From contig NC_092676.1 of the NCBI RefSeq assembly GCF_964355755.1, positions 25,004,871 through 25,068,870 on the forward strand: 64,000 bases of DNA, read 5' to 3'. Position 1 is the first letter of the stretch, and every line of letters starts with the position of its first letter. Below the pieces are notes generated by a model, which saw only the letters and a list, made by a program, of their open reading frames with translations, was not told the DNA's origin and did no database searches. The translations under genes and the position numbers were made by a program. Source of the DNA: Antedon mediterranea (Eukaryota; Animalia; Echinodermata). Positions 1 to 13,800 of the stretch are shown here, in pieces.

Positions 1-42
1 TCGGGGATAAAAAGGAATAAGCCTAGGTTTAAAAAGAGTAAT

Positions 43-1909
43 CAGGCCCGTAGCCAGGGGTTTTTTTGGGGTTCGGGCGAACCCCCCCTTTTCCCAGCGA
101 ACCCCCCTTGAAAAACAAAGGCCCCACTTCCAAAATCGTGCAATTAATTATCAATTATAGCAGATTTTTTGGTCATTTTACTTCTATTGACTATGTTTAA
201 ATCGATTGGATATACAGATTGTCCGATGTCAAAGTCACTGCTGAGCGTGAGATCGAGAGATTGTTGAGAGATGATGGTTATAAATATGACAGAAAAATGG
301 ACTGACCAATCGCGTGCTTCGGCCGGGCTTTTCGGAACGCACAAGATCACGTTCAGTTCAGTTCAATCTTTTTGGGGATTTTTATTTTTTTTTCCTGGAA
401 ATATTTTTCATTAAACCAAAGAATTTCACTGTGTAAACTTGAATAAAAATGGTGCTGAGTTAAATTGGTACGTGTACGTAGGCCTACCGTATATTTCGGT
501 GTATAAAACGCACTTTTGACACGCAAATTTGACCTCTAATTAATTTAATTACCTACTAATACTTAAATTAATTAAAAATAGTGTACTACTCTGCAATGTA
601 GGCCTAGCTAGTTACTCACTCCTGTCTAACCACAGTGTGGTAACAAGTTTATTGAATTTTTAGTTAAGGTAAATTGTCATCCTCGACTGTATTAATTAAT
701 ATTACAGTACGCATTAGATATTCTACCCAGGCCTAGTAATACTCTCTGAACTCGCGCGGGTGTGTATTCTAGCAGCATGCAGCATCACAGCGCAACACAT
801 TTATGGAAGAGTCCATTAATTACAGTGGTGTCACATTTTAATTACACAATAACTATTTTCCTTGATCACGGTGGTTTATTTTTATTACATCTCTATGTCA
901 ACAATCACATAATGTTATAATCATGTAGGCAATAATAGTTCGTATGTCAAGCGATATCTAAAAGAGTGTGTTGTTATTGTGTTAAGTAGCTTCCCCTAAT
1001 CTCATAGTGTATATGGCCAACAGTGCTGGCCACCAGGCAAGGAGCACATGGTTAGTGCTCTCCTCTCCTCGTATTGCTGTAATGCATGCATGGAAATAGG
1101 AAAGATTTTCATATAGGCCTACCCAACATGATATTCCTGGTTCATTATCAGCCCAAAAAACTGAACATCATTTGGATTGATTTTATAATGGTAATACACA
1201 CAATAAGAAGGTATATATTTAAATAATATGAAATTAAAGTTACTTAAATAGACATAGGCTAGCCCTACCCACACAGTGCATCGTAACTGAAACAATATGG
1301 GGATTTCCCTTTTCATTGAACGTTCAGTTGAAGTAGAGACTGATTACGATGTAATAAAGGCAATCAAACAAAATTATATCATTTGATTCTAATAAATATG
1401 TCTCAAATATCGTTGTTTTATTATTAAAATACCATTGTTTTGATTGTAAAATGTTTAAATTTTTATGCATCGACTACATAAAAAATACTAATATTTCAGT
1501 CTCCGTTATGGGAGCGTCTTATACACAGGTGCGACTTGTACACCGAAATATACGGTACTATTTGTTTTTTATGTTTATAGGATAAGAAATTATTTAAGGG
1601 CCTAATATAATATACTTTTTTGCAACAATAAAGCTGTATTTCATGATCAGTACTACTAACTTCCATAATACTGTACTATATAATTTCTCTGCATAACTCA
1701 GATTTTAGTAGGTAAAAAATGTCTCTGTAAGCTTATTAAAACAACCGAAATTGCTCTGAGAGCCAAAGCTTCCAGGGGCCTTCGCCCCCTGGACCCCGAC
1801 CGGGGGACCTTGGCGGCCCCCTGGCCCCCAGCCTACAGTTGCTCGCTGCGCTCGCAAAATACTTGGTGTCAAGAAAACCCCCCTCTGATGCATTCTGGCT
1901 ACGGGCCTG
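43..1909. mobile_element. Non-autonomous hAT-like DNA transposon with 5-bp TSD (hAT5-like)
   Basis: 15-bp perfect TIR CAGGCCCGTAGCCAG (43-57 / 1895-1909); GTAAT duplicated on both sides, interrupting a satellite unit. Confidence 0.8.
487..1555. mobile_element. Non-autonomous pogo/Tc1-mariner element nested in the hAT-like element
   Basis: TIR CCGTATATTTCGGTGTA(T/C)AA at both ends, TA on both flanks. Confidence 0.82.
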
Positions 1910-2670
1910 GTAATACGTATGAATTGAAAAAGATGAATAAGTCTGAGTTAAAAGGGAATAAGTCTGAGTATAGGAAGAGTACTACGTATGAGTTAAGAAA
2001 TATGAATAAGTCTGAGTTGGTGAGGAATAAGTCTGGGTTTAAGAAGAGTAATACGTATGAGTTGAGGAAGATGAATATAATTCTGAGTTGGTGAGGAATA
2101 AGTCTGGGCTTAAGAAGAGTAATACGTATGAGTTGAGTAAGATGAATAAGTAGGAGTTAAAAAGGAATAAGTAAGAGTTTAACAAGAGTAACACGTATGA
2201 GTTGAGGAAGATGAAGAAGTCGAAGTTTATGAGGAATAAGTCTGGGTTTAGGAAGAGTAACACGTATGAATTAAGGAAGATAAATAAGTCGGATATAAAA
2301 GGAGTAAGTCTAGGTTTAGGAAGAGTAACACGTGTGAGTTTAGAAAGGTGCTACAAGTCTGGAATTAGGAGGAGGTATAAGAGTGGGTTTAGTTACAAGA
2401 ATATGGTTTTAGGAAAAGGATAAGTATGGTAGGCCTAGGAATCGGAATGAGTCTTGGATTACGAAGAGGAAAAAGTATATGAGTAGGAAAATAACAGGAA
2501 TGAGTCTGTGATGTAGGAAAGAAGAAACAGTCTAACTTTAGGAAGAAGAATAAGTCTGGCTTTAGGAAGAAGAATAAGTCTGGCTTTAGGAAGAAGAATA
2601 AGTCTGGCTTTAGGAAGAAGAATAACTCTGGCTTTATGATGAAGAATAAGTCTTGGCTTTAGAATTAGAA
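1910..2670. repeat. Purine-rich minisatellite (about 63-bp unit AGGAATAAGTCTGGGTTTAAGAAGAGTAATACGTATGAGTTG..., degrading into a 24-bp unit); also present at 1-42
   Basis: Tandem periodicity is visible directly; produces spurious repetitive ORFs. Confidence 0.85.
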
Positions 2671-3658
2671 AATCTGTAAGAGTTGATAGAATAACGAAAT
2701 AATGCATTAATTGTAAACAGACGTAGACAGAGAAATACCAAAATAGGCTGACATAAAACTGAAAACGGTGGTTAAGTAAACATGACAAATTTGTATTTAA
2801 TTTTCGAACTAAGCATAATTTAATCCATTGAAATACTACCTCTACTTCCAACAACGTTAGAACAAAAAAAATATGTCTTGCCTTGACGAACTTGTGTAAA
2901 AAAGTAGAACAATATTAATCCGCGACTGAAGTCCGAGATATTGTGAATTTGAAAATATATGATTTGTAGTTGTTAAAAAATACACGAACGCCATAAAAAT
3001 GACAAGGAATGTAATAAATAGTTGTCGGGGCGTACAGTAAGAAAGAGTTTATAGCGGTATATCAGAGGTTTCGAAACACGTCATTAATCTGAAATACTAG
3101 AAGAAAATTATGGCCTTCAGGTGGGCGCGATGATCAATAATCGTATAAGAACTTCGTTGCCTACAAAATCATTATGTCTATCATCAGGTTCTATAGACTG
3201 ATTACTCAACCTAATATTCAAGATAGGTATTCCGTTGGGATAGACGATTTGATTATAATTGTCGTGGATTAATATTACCACGGCGGCGGGTTGTTAAAAT
3301 AATGTGCTCAAACCTGTTAGCCCCGCTGTTTGCATTATAATATTTGCGTTGAGGTATCTTCGGGGGTAATTGTCTGTTCGAACGTGGAACTAAAATAATA
3401 TATAGTATAGGCTAGTAATTAACAATTGGGCTATGAACTCACTTATTATGCCAATGCACTTTTGATTAAAGGTTAATTTTAATGAAAGCATTGCATTATA
3501 TAGTTTTAAAATCTGCAGATTCTTTTGCTTTCGTGTCATAAATGCATAATGATATATACAACATGTTGTAGACCCCGCTTTAAACAACGCGATGATTTTA
3601 AAAGACGTTTTATATTTGATAATTGGATAGGATACAAATAAAATCAACGAGACATTTA

Positions 3659-4750
3659 CCAATGTGCGCTTTGGTTGTACTTGCGCACAGTGATAATAAA
3701 TAGGATTTAGTTTACCACTTTGCGCTACTATACCAATTTTGATTGTATTTGAGTACAGTGAAAATAAATAGGATTTAGTTTACCACTTTGCGCTACTATA
3801 CCAATTTTGGTTGTACTTGCGCACAGTGATAATAAATAGGATTTAGTTTACCACTGTGCGCTACTATACCAATTTTGATTGTATTTGAGTACAGTGATAA
3901 TAAATAGGATTTAGTTTACCACTTTGCGCTACTATACCAATTTTGATTGTATTTGAGTACAGTGATAATAAATAGGATTTAGTTTACCACTGTGCGCTAC
4001 TATACCAATTTTGATTGTATTTGAGTACAGTGATAATAAATAGGATTTAGTTTACCACTGTGCGCTACTATACCAATTTTGATTGTATTTGAGTACAGTG
4101 AAAATAAATAGGATTTAGTTTACCACTTTGCGCTACTATACCAATTTTGATTGTATTTGAGTACAGTGATAATAAATAGGATTTAGTTTACCACTGTGCG
4201 CTACTATACCAATTTTGATTGTATTTGAGTACAGTGATAACAAATAGGATTTAGTTTACCACTTTGCGCTACTATACCAATTTTGCTTGTATTTGAGTAC
4301 AGTGAAAATAAATAGGATTTAGTTTACCACTTTGCGCTCCTATACCAATTTTGATTGTATTTGAGTACAGTGATAATAAATAGGATTTAGTTTACCACTT
4401 TGCGCTACTATACCCATTTTGGTTGTAATTGCCTACAGTGATAATAAATAGGATTTAGTTTAGCACTTTGCGCTACTATACCAATTTTGGTTGTAATTGC
4501 GCACAGTGATAATAAATAGGATTTACTTTACCACTTTGCGCTACTATACCAATTTTGGTTGTACATGCGCACAGTGATAATGAATAGGATTTAGTTTACC
4601 ACTTTGCGCTACTATACCAATTTTGGTTGTACATGCGCACAGTGATAATGAATATAATTTAGTTTACCACTTTGTGCTACTGTGTACTTGCGAACAGTGA
4701 TAATTAGGATTTAGTTTACCACTTTGCTCTACTATACCAATTTTGATTGT
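3659..4750. repeat. 68-bp tandem minisatellite, about 16 copies
   Basis: Unit CCAATTTTGATTGTATTTGAGTACAGTGATAATAAATAGGATTTAGTTTACCACTTTGCGCTACTATA repeated head to tail (e.g. starts at 4141 and 4209). Confidence 0.95.
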
Positions 4751-5269
4751 GTTCATGTTTTTCTATTGGGTTAGCTAAGAGACTAAAATGCCTGTACTCA
4801 ATGTTCAATGTAATAATATACCGTGATAGTACGATTCTAAATTCCCACGATACTGTCTAAATCTTCACCCAAATTATCATTTACCAACCGAAACAATAAA
4901 TTACAAGTTATGGTGAAACGTTTATGACGTTCAAATTGCCAATTAGCAAATCAGTTTTCTTTCCATATTTTAATAAAGAGCTAATTATTTCTTTTAGAAT
5001 ACTGTATATAGTTTGCAATTTAAGTAAATCTTAATGAGGGAACTAATGGCTTTGTTATAATAATACAATTAAATTGAAAAATACTTTAGTTGAAATTAAA
5101 ACCGAGTAGACCACCTCAGAACACACTGTGATTTGTTTTTAGAAAAAAAAAACCTTAGTCTCCACTGTATCTCCACATATTACAATACTGTATAATCATA
5201 GGCAAATTTGATAATAGAGTGTTCCATGTGTATCACATGTAGTGCCCGTATCATGGAAAGTTAGCTAAT

Positions 5270-5414
5270 GCTTAGTTCCCACTAGAACGCAACGCCAGGA
5301 CGTAACAAATTGACCAATATCAAGCGATGGATTATTCGAACAGGCGCGTGTTATTGGTCAACTTGCTTGCGTTGCGTTTACGTCCTTGCGTTACGTCCTA
5401 GTGGGAACCGAGCT
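5270..5414. mobile_element. Harbinger/PIF-like MITE family B (copies also at about 23359-23506 and 51367-51545)
   Basis: TIR (A)GCTTGGTTCCCACTAG(A/G)ACG..., TWA flanks, three dispersed copies in the window. Confidence 0.8.
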
Positions 5415-5509
5415 TTAGGTTAGGGTATATGCGTATATGAAATGTGTTATGAAATTTTTGATGCTGTATCAGGAATTTTGATACAGTACCGCTAACTCTG
5501 GTGGACTAT

Positions 5510-6110
5510 AAATATAATGTAGAAATATAAGGTGTAATATAATATAGAATATAATATAATGTAGAATATAATGTAGAATATAATATAGAATATAATATAA
5601 GGTGTAATATAATATAGAATATAATATAATATAGAATATAATATAATGTAGAATATAATATAATATAGAATATAATATAATATAGAATATAATATAATGT
5701 AGAATATAATGTAGAATATAATATAGAATATAATATAGAATATAATATAATGTAGAATATAATATAGAATATAATATAGAATATAATATAATGTAGAATA
5801 TAATATAGAATATAATATAATGTAGAATATAATGTAGAATATAATATAGAATATAATATAATATAGAATATAATATAATGTAGAATATAATATAATGTAG
5901 AATATAATATAATGTAGAATATAATATAATATAGAATATAATATAATGTAGAATATAATATAATGTAGAATATAATATAATATAGAATATAATATAATGT
6001 AGAACATAATATAATGTAGAATATAATATAATGTAGAATATAATATAATGTAGAACATAATATAGAATATAATATAATGTAGAATATAATATAATGTAGA
6101 ATATAATATG
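5510..6110. repeat. AT-rich microsatellite (AATAT/AGAAT/AATGT)n
   Basis: About 600 bp of AGAATATAATATAATGT variants; source of spurious ORF 5492..6145. Confidence 0.95.
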
Positions 6111-6189
6111 TTAGAAATATTAAATGAAAAAAGAACTTTCAGCAATCAGGTAGAAAGAAGACAATAAAGTGAGTCAAAATTGTAAACGA

Positions 6190-7738
6190 AGACTTTAATT
6201 CCATTTCTAATAATATAAACATTTTACTTACATAAGGCCCTATTGCGAAAATCATATTATACAGTTTAAAACCTTGATTAATTCATTCTAATCTATTTTC
6301 ACATATTAAACAAAAATAACATCTAACATTATCAAAGAACATAACAGTTATATCAATTGTTGTTCAATAACGTTTAATGACCTTTCACCCGTTCGATATG
6401 TCAAAATAAAAACAAAACAAGCATAGTTACTGAAACGTTAAAATGCGGATTAAATTGGTCATTCACACGCGTCTGGTAATTACCTACAACAAGGTACATT
6501 CATCACATTCTTTTTCGACCGCGGTACGCTTGTCAAAAAAGAATAAAATTAATAGTTCCGCGCTTATTAAACCGGCTTATTCGATCGTTCACTGTACTGT
6601 TAAAATGCAAAATTCATGATTACATATGAAATGATGTATCAGTTATCACTTCTAAATAATCTCAAAACAACATTCGCTGTCAATATGTATTACGCAGTAC
6701 ATGAAGAATTCGTACAGAAACAAACTCTCAATGTTGTGTGCGTCATAATAGATTTAGTATCGCACATATTTTAAAATAACATTAATATAGGTGTTTAGTC
6801 CATTTTGCAATTCCCTCTTGGAATTTCCTTTGCATGGCCCAACGGTAGGTGGCAGTATACAAGTTCATTGCACTAATTGACTTTCCTGGATGTTCCACAT
6901 TAAAGGGTGACTCCAGGGGGTTTAACATTTACATTGTTTAATCATAAAAGCATAAATTGACATGGCAACATAGAACCTAAGATCAACTCAGTAATATACT
7001 GGACTCGGAATCATCTGCTTAATATCTAGACATCCTATCATAATAATAAATAAACTGATATTTGATTTGTTAACAGTGATAGAGGCAGAGTGACAAACTG
7101 TGATTATTTCACAACATTCGTTCCACTAAACTGTTTAAAACGGGATTATTTCACAATGTACGTTCCACTTTTTAAAATTTTTAGTGGAGACTACCATTGT
7201 TAGACTTCCCAGAGGAGTATTAAAGAGGATAACCACCAAGTACCAAGTATTGTGTTTGAACTGAGACATTGTTCTCACAGGCTAGGATATTCTACTTTGG
7301 TGGTATCATGATATGATATTCTAATTTATAGTAAAACAGACTATTCTATTAAAAGAATGAACGCAATATAATTAAATACAGCTAACTCTGTTATGTATGT
7401 CTACACATTCTACATTACCTTTTTAATCAACATTTTGAATTCATCATAATTTTTGCATATTAATTATGATAATATTTTTCATATTTAGTTTGTATTTCAT
7501 AAATAAATACAACCATAAGGCAACAACTGATATTACAAAATAATTAAAACTTTAAAAAAAGTTTGCATTTAGAAGACTAATAATAAAATGCATAATTAAT
7601 TTTACCAACACCTAGGCCTATAACTTATTTGGTAAAAATGTTCTTTTAATTGCATCTTTTAGTAAAACATAAGGCGTGTTTAGATTTTATTGAGTATGTT
7701 TTATGAAGTTTAAGTTTAAAATATGGAGTGTGGCTCCA
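6190..7738 (-). other. Probable SMCR8 3' UTR
   Basis: Repeat-free sequence downstream of the stop; candidate ATTAAA poly(A) signal at 6194-6199. The 3' end is inferred only. Confidence 0.4.
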
Positions 7739-7861
7739 TCATGAAGGATTGGATGAGAATTTAGAACAGATTCGATAGTCCAAACGAATTGATTTCAATG
7801 GAAAACTGGCAAACCGTGAGTTGGAATTCAACTGCTGTTGTTTTATCAATTCAGTCCAGTA
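7739..7861 (-). CDS. SMCR8: SMCR8 coding exon 19 (stop codon)
   Basis: tctttag|YWTELIKQQQLNSNSRFASFPLKSIRLDYRICSKFSSNPS-TGA; resembles vertebrate YLAELLK...LRFDY C-terminus. Confidence 0.9.
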   Translation of the reverse strand, partial: YWTELIKQQQLNSNSRFASFPLKSIRLDYRICSKFSSNPS

Positions 7862-10800
7862 CTAAAGAAAAAAAATAAATAAAACAGTTACAGAAACTGC
7901 AGTAGAAAAAACAATTTACTTAAGTAGAAAAACATTTTACTTAAGTATAAACAAATTTTACTTAAGAAAAACTTTCCATAAGTATTTCTTAAGGACTGTA
8001 TAAAAATAATTATTTGTTGAAGAGGTCTGTCTAATAGTTTTTTTCCGAACTTCTCTGAAATTCTTACATATACATTTTCATAATAAGGCATATTTTCAAA
8101 TTTAAAAAAAAAATCATTTTACTTAAGTAGAAAAACTATGTACTGCATTTGTTGAAGATGTCTGTCCAATAGATGTTTTCATAACTTCTCTAAAATCCTT
8201 CCATACATTTTCATACTATAAAGGCATACATTTTTGTCTTTACTGCGAAGTTTATGTTTGTGCAAAAACAATAAAAATGTAGTAAAATTTGAAGGGTTGT
8301 TTTAATATTGAAAAGAGTAAATTTGTATGTATATTTATAAATTTTATGTGAATTAATCTACACTCACGCAGACAGTTTCATTGACCCTGTATGTAGATTA
8401 TAAACATTGTTTCAGCAAGTTTAACCTTTTTTGTGTAAAAGTTGAGTTCAAAGGTAATCATTTCTCGAAAAATTATATTTTACATTTTAAGATACATTAG
8501 AATCATTTTTCATAGGGTAAGGTCAGTAGATTCATTTTTTCGCTTTTATTTTTCTAATTTTGCTTGATTTAAACAAATTGTATATTGCAACAGTCATACA
8601 ACTAACAATGAAAGTGTGTACTAATACATCATGTCAGAACAATTTAGCCAAATCTATCATGTTGTAGAGTGTTTAGAACATTAAACCAAGTTAAAAGTCA
8701 AACGGCCACAGCATCACTCATCTTAAAATGCGCTTGACAACTCAGTTTTTAAACAATTTTGAAGATAAATTGAAGTTGGTGGTTTTCATAATTAAAAAAA
8801 ATATATACAATAATAAAAAGGGACAATATTATATTCATACTGGAGATAACTACATTCTTTTAACTCTGTAAATATGCAAATAATTAGTAAGCATTTTTTA
8901 GGTAATCATACAAATTGTTTGTTGCAGTGATTTCTACAATAAAACTATAACAAAATTATACATTATTGCAATAACATGTAGTTACTGCAGTAACATATGT
9001 AGTTACTGCAGTAACATATGTAGTTACTGCAGTAACATGTAGTTACTGCAGTAAACATATGTAGTCACTACAGTAACATGTGTAGTTACTGCAGTAAACA
9101 TATGTAGTTACTGCAGTAACATATGTAGTTACTGCAGTAACATGTAGTTACTGCAGTTACTGCAGTAACATGTAGTTACTGCAGTAAACATATGTAGTCA
9201 CTACAGTAACATATGTAGTTACTGCCGTATATGTAGTTTAACTGCAGTAGAATAATAAAACAGATTATAAAAACATCTTGTAAGCCTGAGTTTGGAAATA
9301 TAACAAAAATTAAAAATTTTGTAAATTTAATCAGAATAATGGCTCTTCTTATAATAACCAGTTAAAATTTTGTGACGTTCAGCGGATTAGCAGGTGCTTT
9401 TAACAAGGTAATGGTAACAATCACTTGAGGAAACAATCAAATTAACATTAATCAAAATGATTTACAATTACTATTTTCTAAACTGAATAATTAAACCAGA
9501 CACCTATTTTACTGACAGACAATTTTCTTTAAAAAGACAAATATTTTATTTTCACCTTCAGTACAAATTTACAATAAAATTCAGCAGGTGATCGATTGGA
9601 CCAGTAAAAAATTCCAGCGCTTTTGTAACATTCTCATGGTCAATTTTTTTTTCTTCAACACAGTTAGTTTAACTGAGTGAAAGCTACCATAGTTTAATCA
9701 AGCTTGAATATCCTATACAAACAGTATTGGTTAGAGTCACATTCGCAGACTAGGCCATCCTACAGTGCACTCAATAGTTCAGTTTACAACTGATAGGTTT
9801 GACCTGCTTTTTGGTAAAGCTAACCAATGACTGGATAAAAAAATGCGACTATTGGAACAGATTTTTAAAACAATATTTTCATTTCTAGGTATATTATATA
9901 TTTACGCTGTGTTCATTAAAATGAATCATGGTCAATGAGGTAGACTAGACAATCCTAAAATGCATTCAAAGTGTAGGTTTGACCTGGTTTTTGGTAAAAC
10001 TAACCAACGACCGGATGAAAAAGTGCGACAGTTAATTTGTGAAAACTGGAACTGATTTTTAAAACAATATTTTCATTTCTAGGTATATTATATATTTACG
10101 CTGTGTTCATTAAAATGAATCAAGGTTACTGAGGTTGACTAGACAATCCTAAAATGCACTCAAAGTGTAGGTTTGACCTGGTTTTTGGTAAACTAACCAA
10201 TGACCGGATGAAAAAGTGCGACAGTTAAATTGTGAAAACTGGAACTGATTTTTAAAACAATATTTTCATTTTTAGGTATAATATATATTTACGCTGTGTT
10301 CATTAAAATGAATCAAAGGATTCATTAAATGTCATACTGGAGGCTGCTATGCCAAAGGCGATATTCTAGCTACTGCGATATTAACCTAGATTTTTGATGA
10401 AAATGAGAAACTCTCAAAACTGCTACAATTTAGCATCTTGACCGATAAAACTTCTCTATCTTTGAAAAGATTTTTAAAAAATATTACCAAACAAAAAATG
10501 TCTGGTTCCTGATAGAACACTAGCTAGACCATGGTGACAACTATATTTCAGTATATTTATATAATTCCTTGAAAGTTATGTAAATACAGTACTGTAAGTA
10601 ATGCGTTCATACTTGGCATGAATATTGTATGAAAGAACTACAAAACTACATATGTTAATCTTGCTATTAATGATTTTGACATAGATATTGTTTAGAAAAA
10701 TAACATAAAAATAATAATTATAATATATTAAAACATGTTTTTCTCACCATAATGATGTGGGAATCTGCATCCGTAATTCCTAATTTAGCCAGAAATGAGT

Positions 10801-13800
10801 TAATTGTACTCTTCTCCTCTGCTGAATTCATAAAATGTTCATTGCTGCCAAAAAAAAAGTCAATATTATTGTACTAACGAGAGATAAATGTGCCACCATA
10901 AAAGATGATTACTAAAAGAAAATCTCATTTCTGAATAATGCTTTATACAATTAAGCTAAAGATAGGAAGTTTCAAAAACAAGAATCACCAACATAATCTT
11001 CACTTTAGTTTTTTTTATGATACATTTAGATTGCATACTAAAAAAATATTTTAACAAATAAAGCGAAGAAGTTCAAAATCAACTAACTAAATACTCAACA
11101 AAAAAAGAAAGCACTCAGAAACTGAGTGAAGTACTTGGAAAAATCTTATTTCTGAATTATGCTTTATAAATGTTTAACTTGCATACTAAAAAACAGTTTG
11201 TAACAAATAAAGCGGATAGAAATTGTTCTAGCAAAGAATGTGAGCCGTAACACATCACTCTTTAACCATGTATGCAATGCGGTAGTATAGGTTCTAGACC
11301 ATGGGAAAATTTATTATTAGCAAAAAGATATATATTTTGGCACATATGGCATTTCATATGTATAAAAAAATCCCAGACAAATATCAAAACGGCGATTTGA
11401 ACAAAGACATACAGACTTGCGTTTGATTACGATAGAGGAACTTTTCCATTACATTTTGGAATATAAGTTTTAAATTACAATATTAAAAATAATGTACCTC
11501 CAAGAATACCAATACTTATAATGTAAGCACAAGTGCATAACATAAGTTATTACCGTCCCTTGTTACTTGGACGTGAAAATAGTGTACAAAAATGATTAAT
11601 GTGATGTGGGATAAAGCCTTATTCTGCAACCTTTTTAGGGTGTGACCTAGATCTAAAGTACCTGCTGGACCTATTTACACAAACTAATGTGTAATGTTAG
11701 ATGTATCCCAATATAACATCAGAAATGTGTTTACAGTGTACACATCTTTTATAAAAGAATCAAAGAAAAATCCAACCATGTCATATAATAGATAATAAAT
11801 TTGTATTTATTGTCTCTTTTATGATAACTATTTCAAAGAGCAGTGGACCAGATGTTACAACATACTTTTTATCTTTGTCTCTAGTGCCGGTGCAACCAAT
11901 CTCATTCATATCATTGATTTGATTTGAATTTATTTGGAAAATCATCATAAAAAATACATACAAAGCGTTAACATAAATTACGGACATTACATATAATACA
12001 TTTATAAAAGATTTTCCAGGATAGCCCAAAAAGCTTATCAGCTTATTTCCATTGGGATCCTTTACAATCTAAAATAAAAAATATAAACATTACAAAGTAT
12101 TGCATTAAACACGTAAATATAACAAAAATAATAATATAAAAGTTAAATTAAAGACTATGATTGACTTATATAGTTATTTGGTAGAACAGAAATGTGATTT
12201 AACATTTTTCTTAAAATTAAATTTGTTTTCTATTTCCTGAATGGAATGAGGTAGGTTATTCCATGCCTTTATGCCTGTATAAATAAAACGTTTTAGATAT
12301 TTGACTATCAGATTTAGGAACTGAAAATCCATTGACACTACTTCTAGTCATATAATGGTGGTTAGATGAAACTCTTTTAAACTTTTCAGTTAAATAAGGT
12401 ACTGATTTTCCATAAAAAGTCTTATGAACATGATTAAGTTTGAGTTGGCAAATTCTATCCTCTAGACATAATCGACCAATTTGGTTCAGTTCGTCTTTAC
12501 CAATATGTGCACGATTATTTTTATTTAATATAAGCCTAGCATCTTTATTTTGACTGGTTTGAAGTTTTTTAGAAACACCTGAAAACCAGGAGCAAAATGC
12601 ATAGTCAAAGTGTCAAGTAATCAGTGCCGAACATAGAATTTTACGAGAAAAGAAATTTAGACAATCATGCAGAATGTCTTGAATTAGTCTTACTAAGAAC
12701 TTTTTGAACCATAGATTCTCCAGACAGGTCTTCATCAAGCAAACAACCAAGATATGAGATCATATTCTTCTTACATATCAACTTATTTTTAAACATAACA
12801 GCAAAATCATGAACATTCTTAGGTTTTCTTTTAGTACCAAACAATATTGATTCAGTTTTATCAGGATGTAATGATAGTTTGTTGTTTATAAGCCAGTTGT
12901 TACATGATTCCAGGTTTGCGCTTAAATCATTAGCTATTTGTCTAATATCATTACCAGAAGACAACAATATTGTATCATCAGCATATAACATAATATTGCA
13001 ATTTACATTAATTGGGATGTCATTCATGTAGCATATGAACAAAAGAGGTCCTAAATAAAATGTTACCTTGCGGAACTCCGCTAGATATAGTAGTTATAGT
13101 AGTAGTAGTGGTTGGGACTGAACGCCATTTACTGATGTAATTTGTTTACGATCTTTCAAATATGATTCAAACCATAATAAAGAATCTTTATCAATGCCCA
13201 TATGAACCAGTTTTTGCAATAATATCTGATGGTTGACTGTATCAAAAGCCTTTTGTATGTCAAGGACCACCAAACCTGTAAAGTATACCTTTAGATATTT
13301 CAGATCTTATATGATCGGTTAAATTAATTAAAGCAGTATCAGTAGAATAATTTCCTCTAAAACCTGATTGAAAATCATTAATTACATTGTTTTCTTTGAG
13401 ATAGTTATGTAATTGTACAAAAACAGCTTTTTCGATTATCTTAGATATTAATGATAAGATGCTAATAGGTCTATAATTACTAACTTCCTGCCTATTGTTC
13501 TTTTTAAATAATGGTGTGACCTTAGCAAATTTCATATCATTAGGAAAAACCTTTAGAGATAATGTTGGCTGAACAATAATATTAGCTCCATCCTTAAGAA
13601 ATCTAGCAGGAATGTTATCAAGTCCACATCATATTCTCCGAACACTCTACTGCTCCCTTGTTTTGCCATATCTTTTATATTGCAATATCGTTTGGTGTAA
13701 CACATTCCCATCTAATTTAAATAAACTTCAAATACTACAAAAGAAAATCATACGAATAATTTTGAATGTTTCACCTAGAACTAGTACAGATCCTTTATTT

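Noticed and set aside
1810-2854. Repetitive ORFs (NKSEL.., LILLPKAR..)
   Set aside because: Products of minisatellite periodicity.
3659-4750. Possible CRISPR array
   Set aside because: Units are wholly repeated with no unique spacers; eukaryotic context and no cas genes.
5492-6145. 217-aa Tyr/Ile-rich ORF
   Set aside because: Translation of an AT-rich microsatellite; no real start context or domain.
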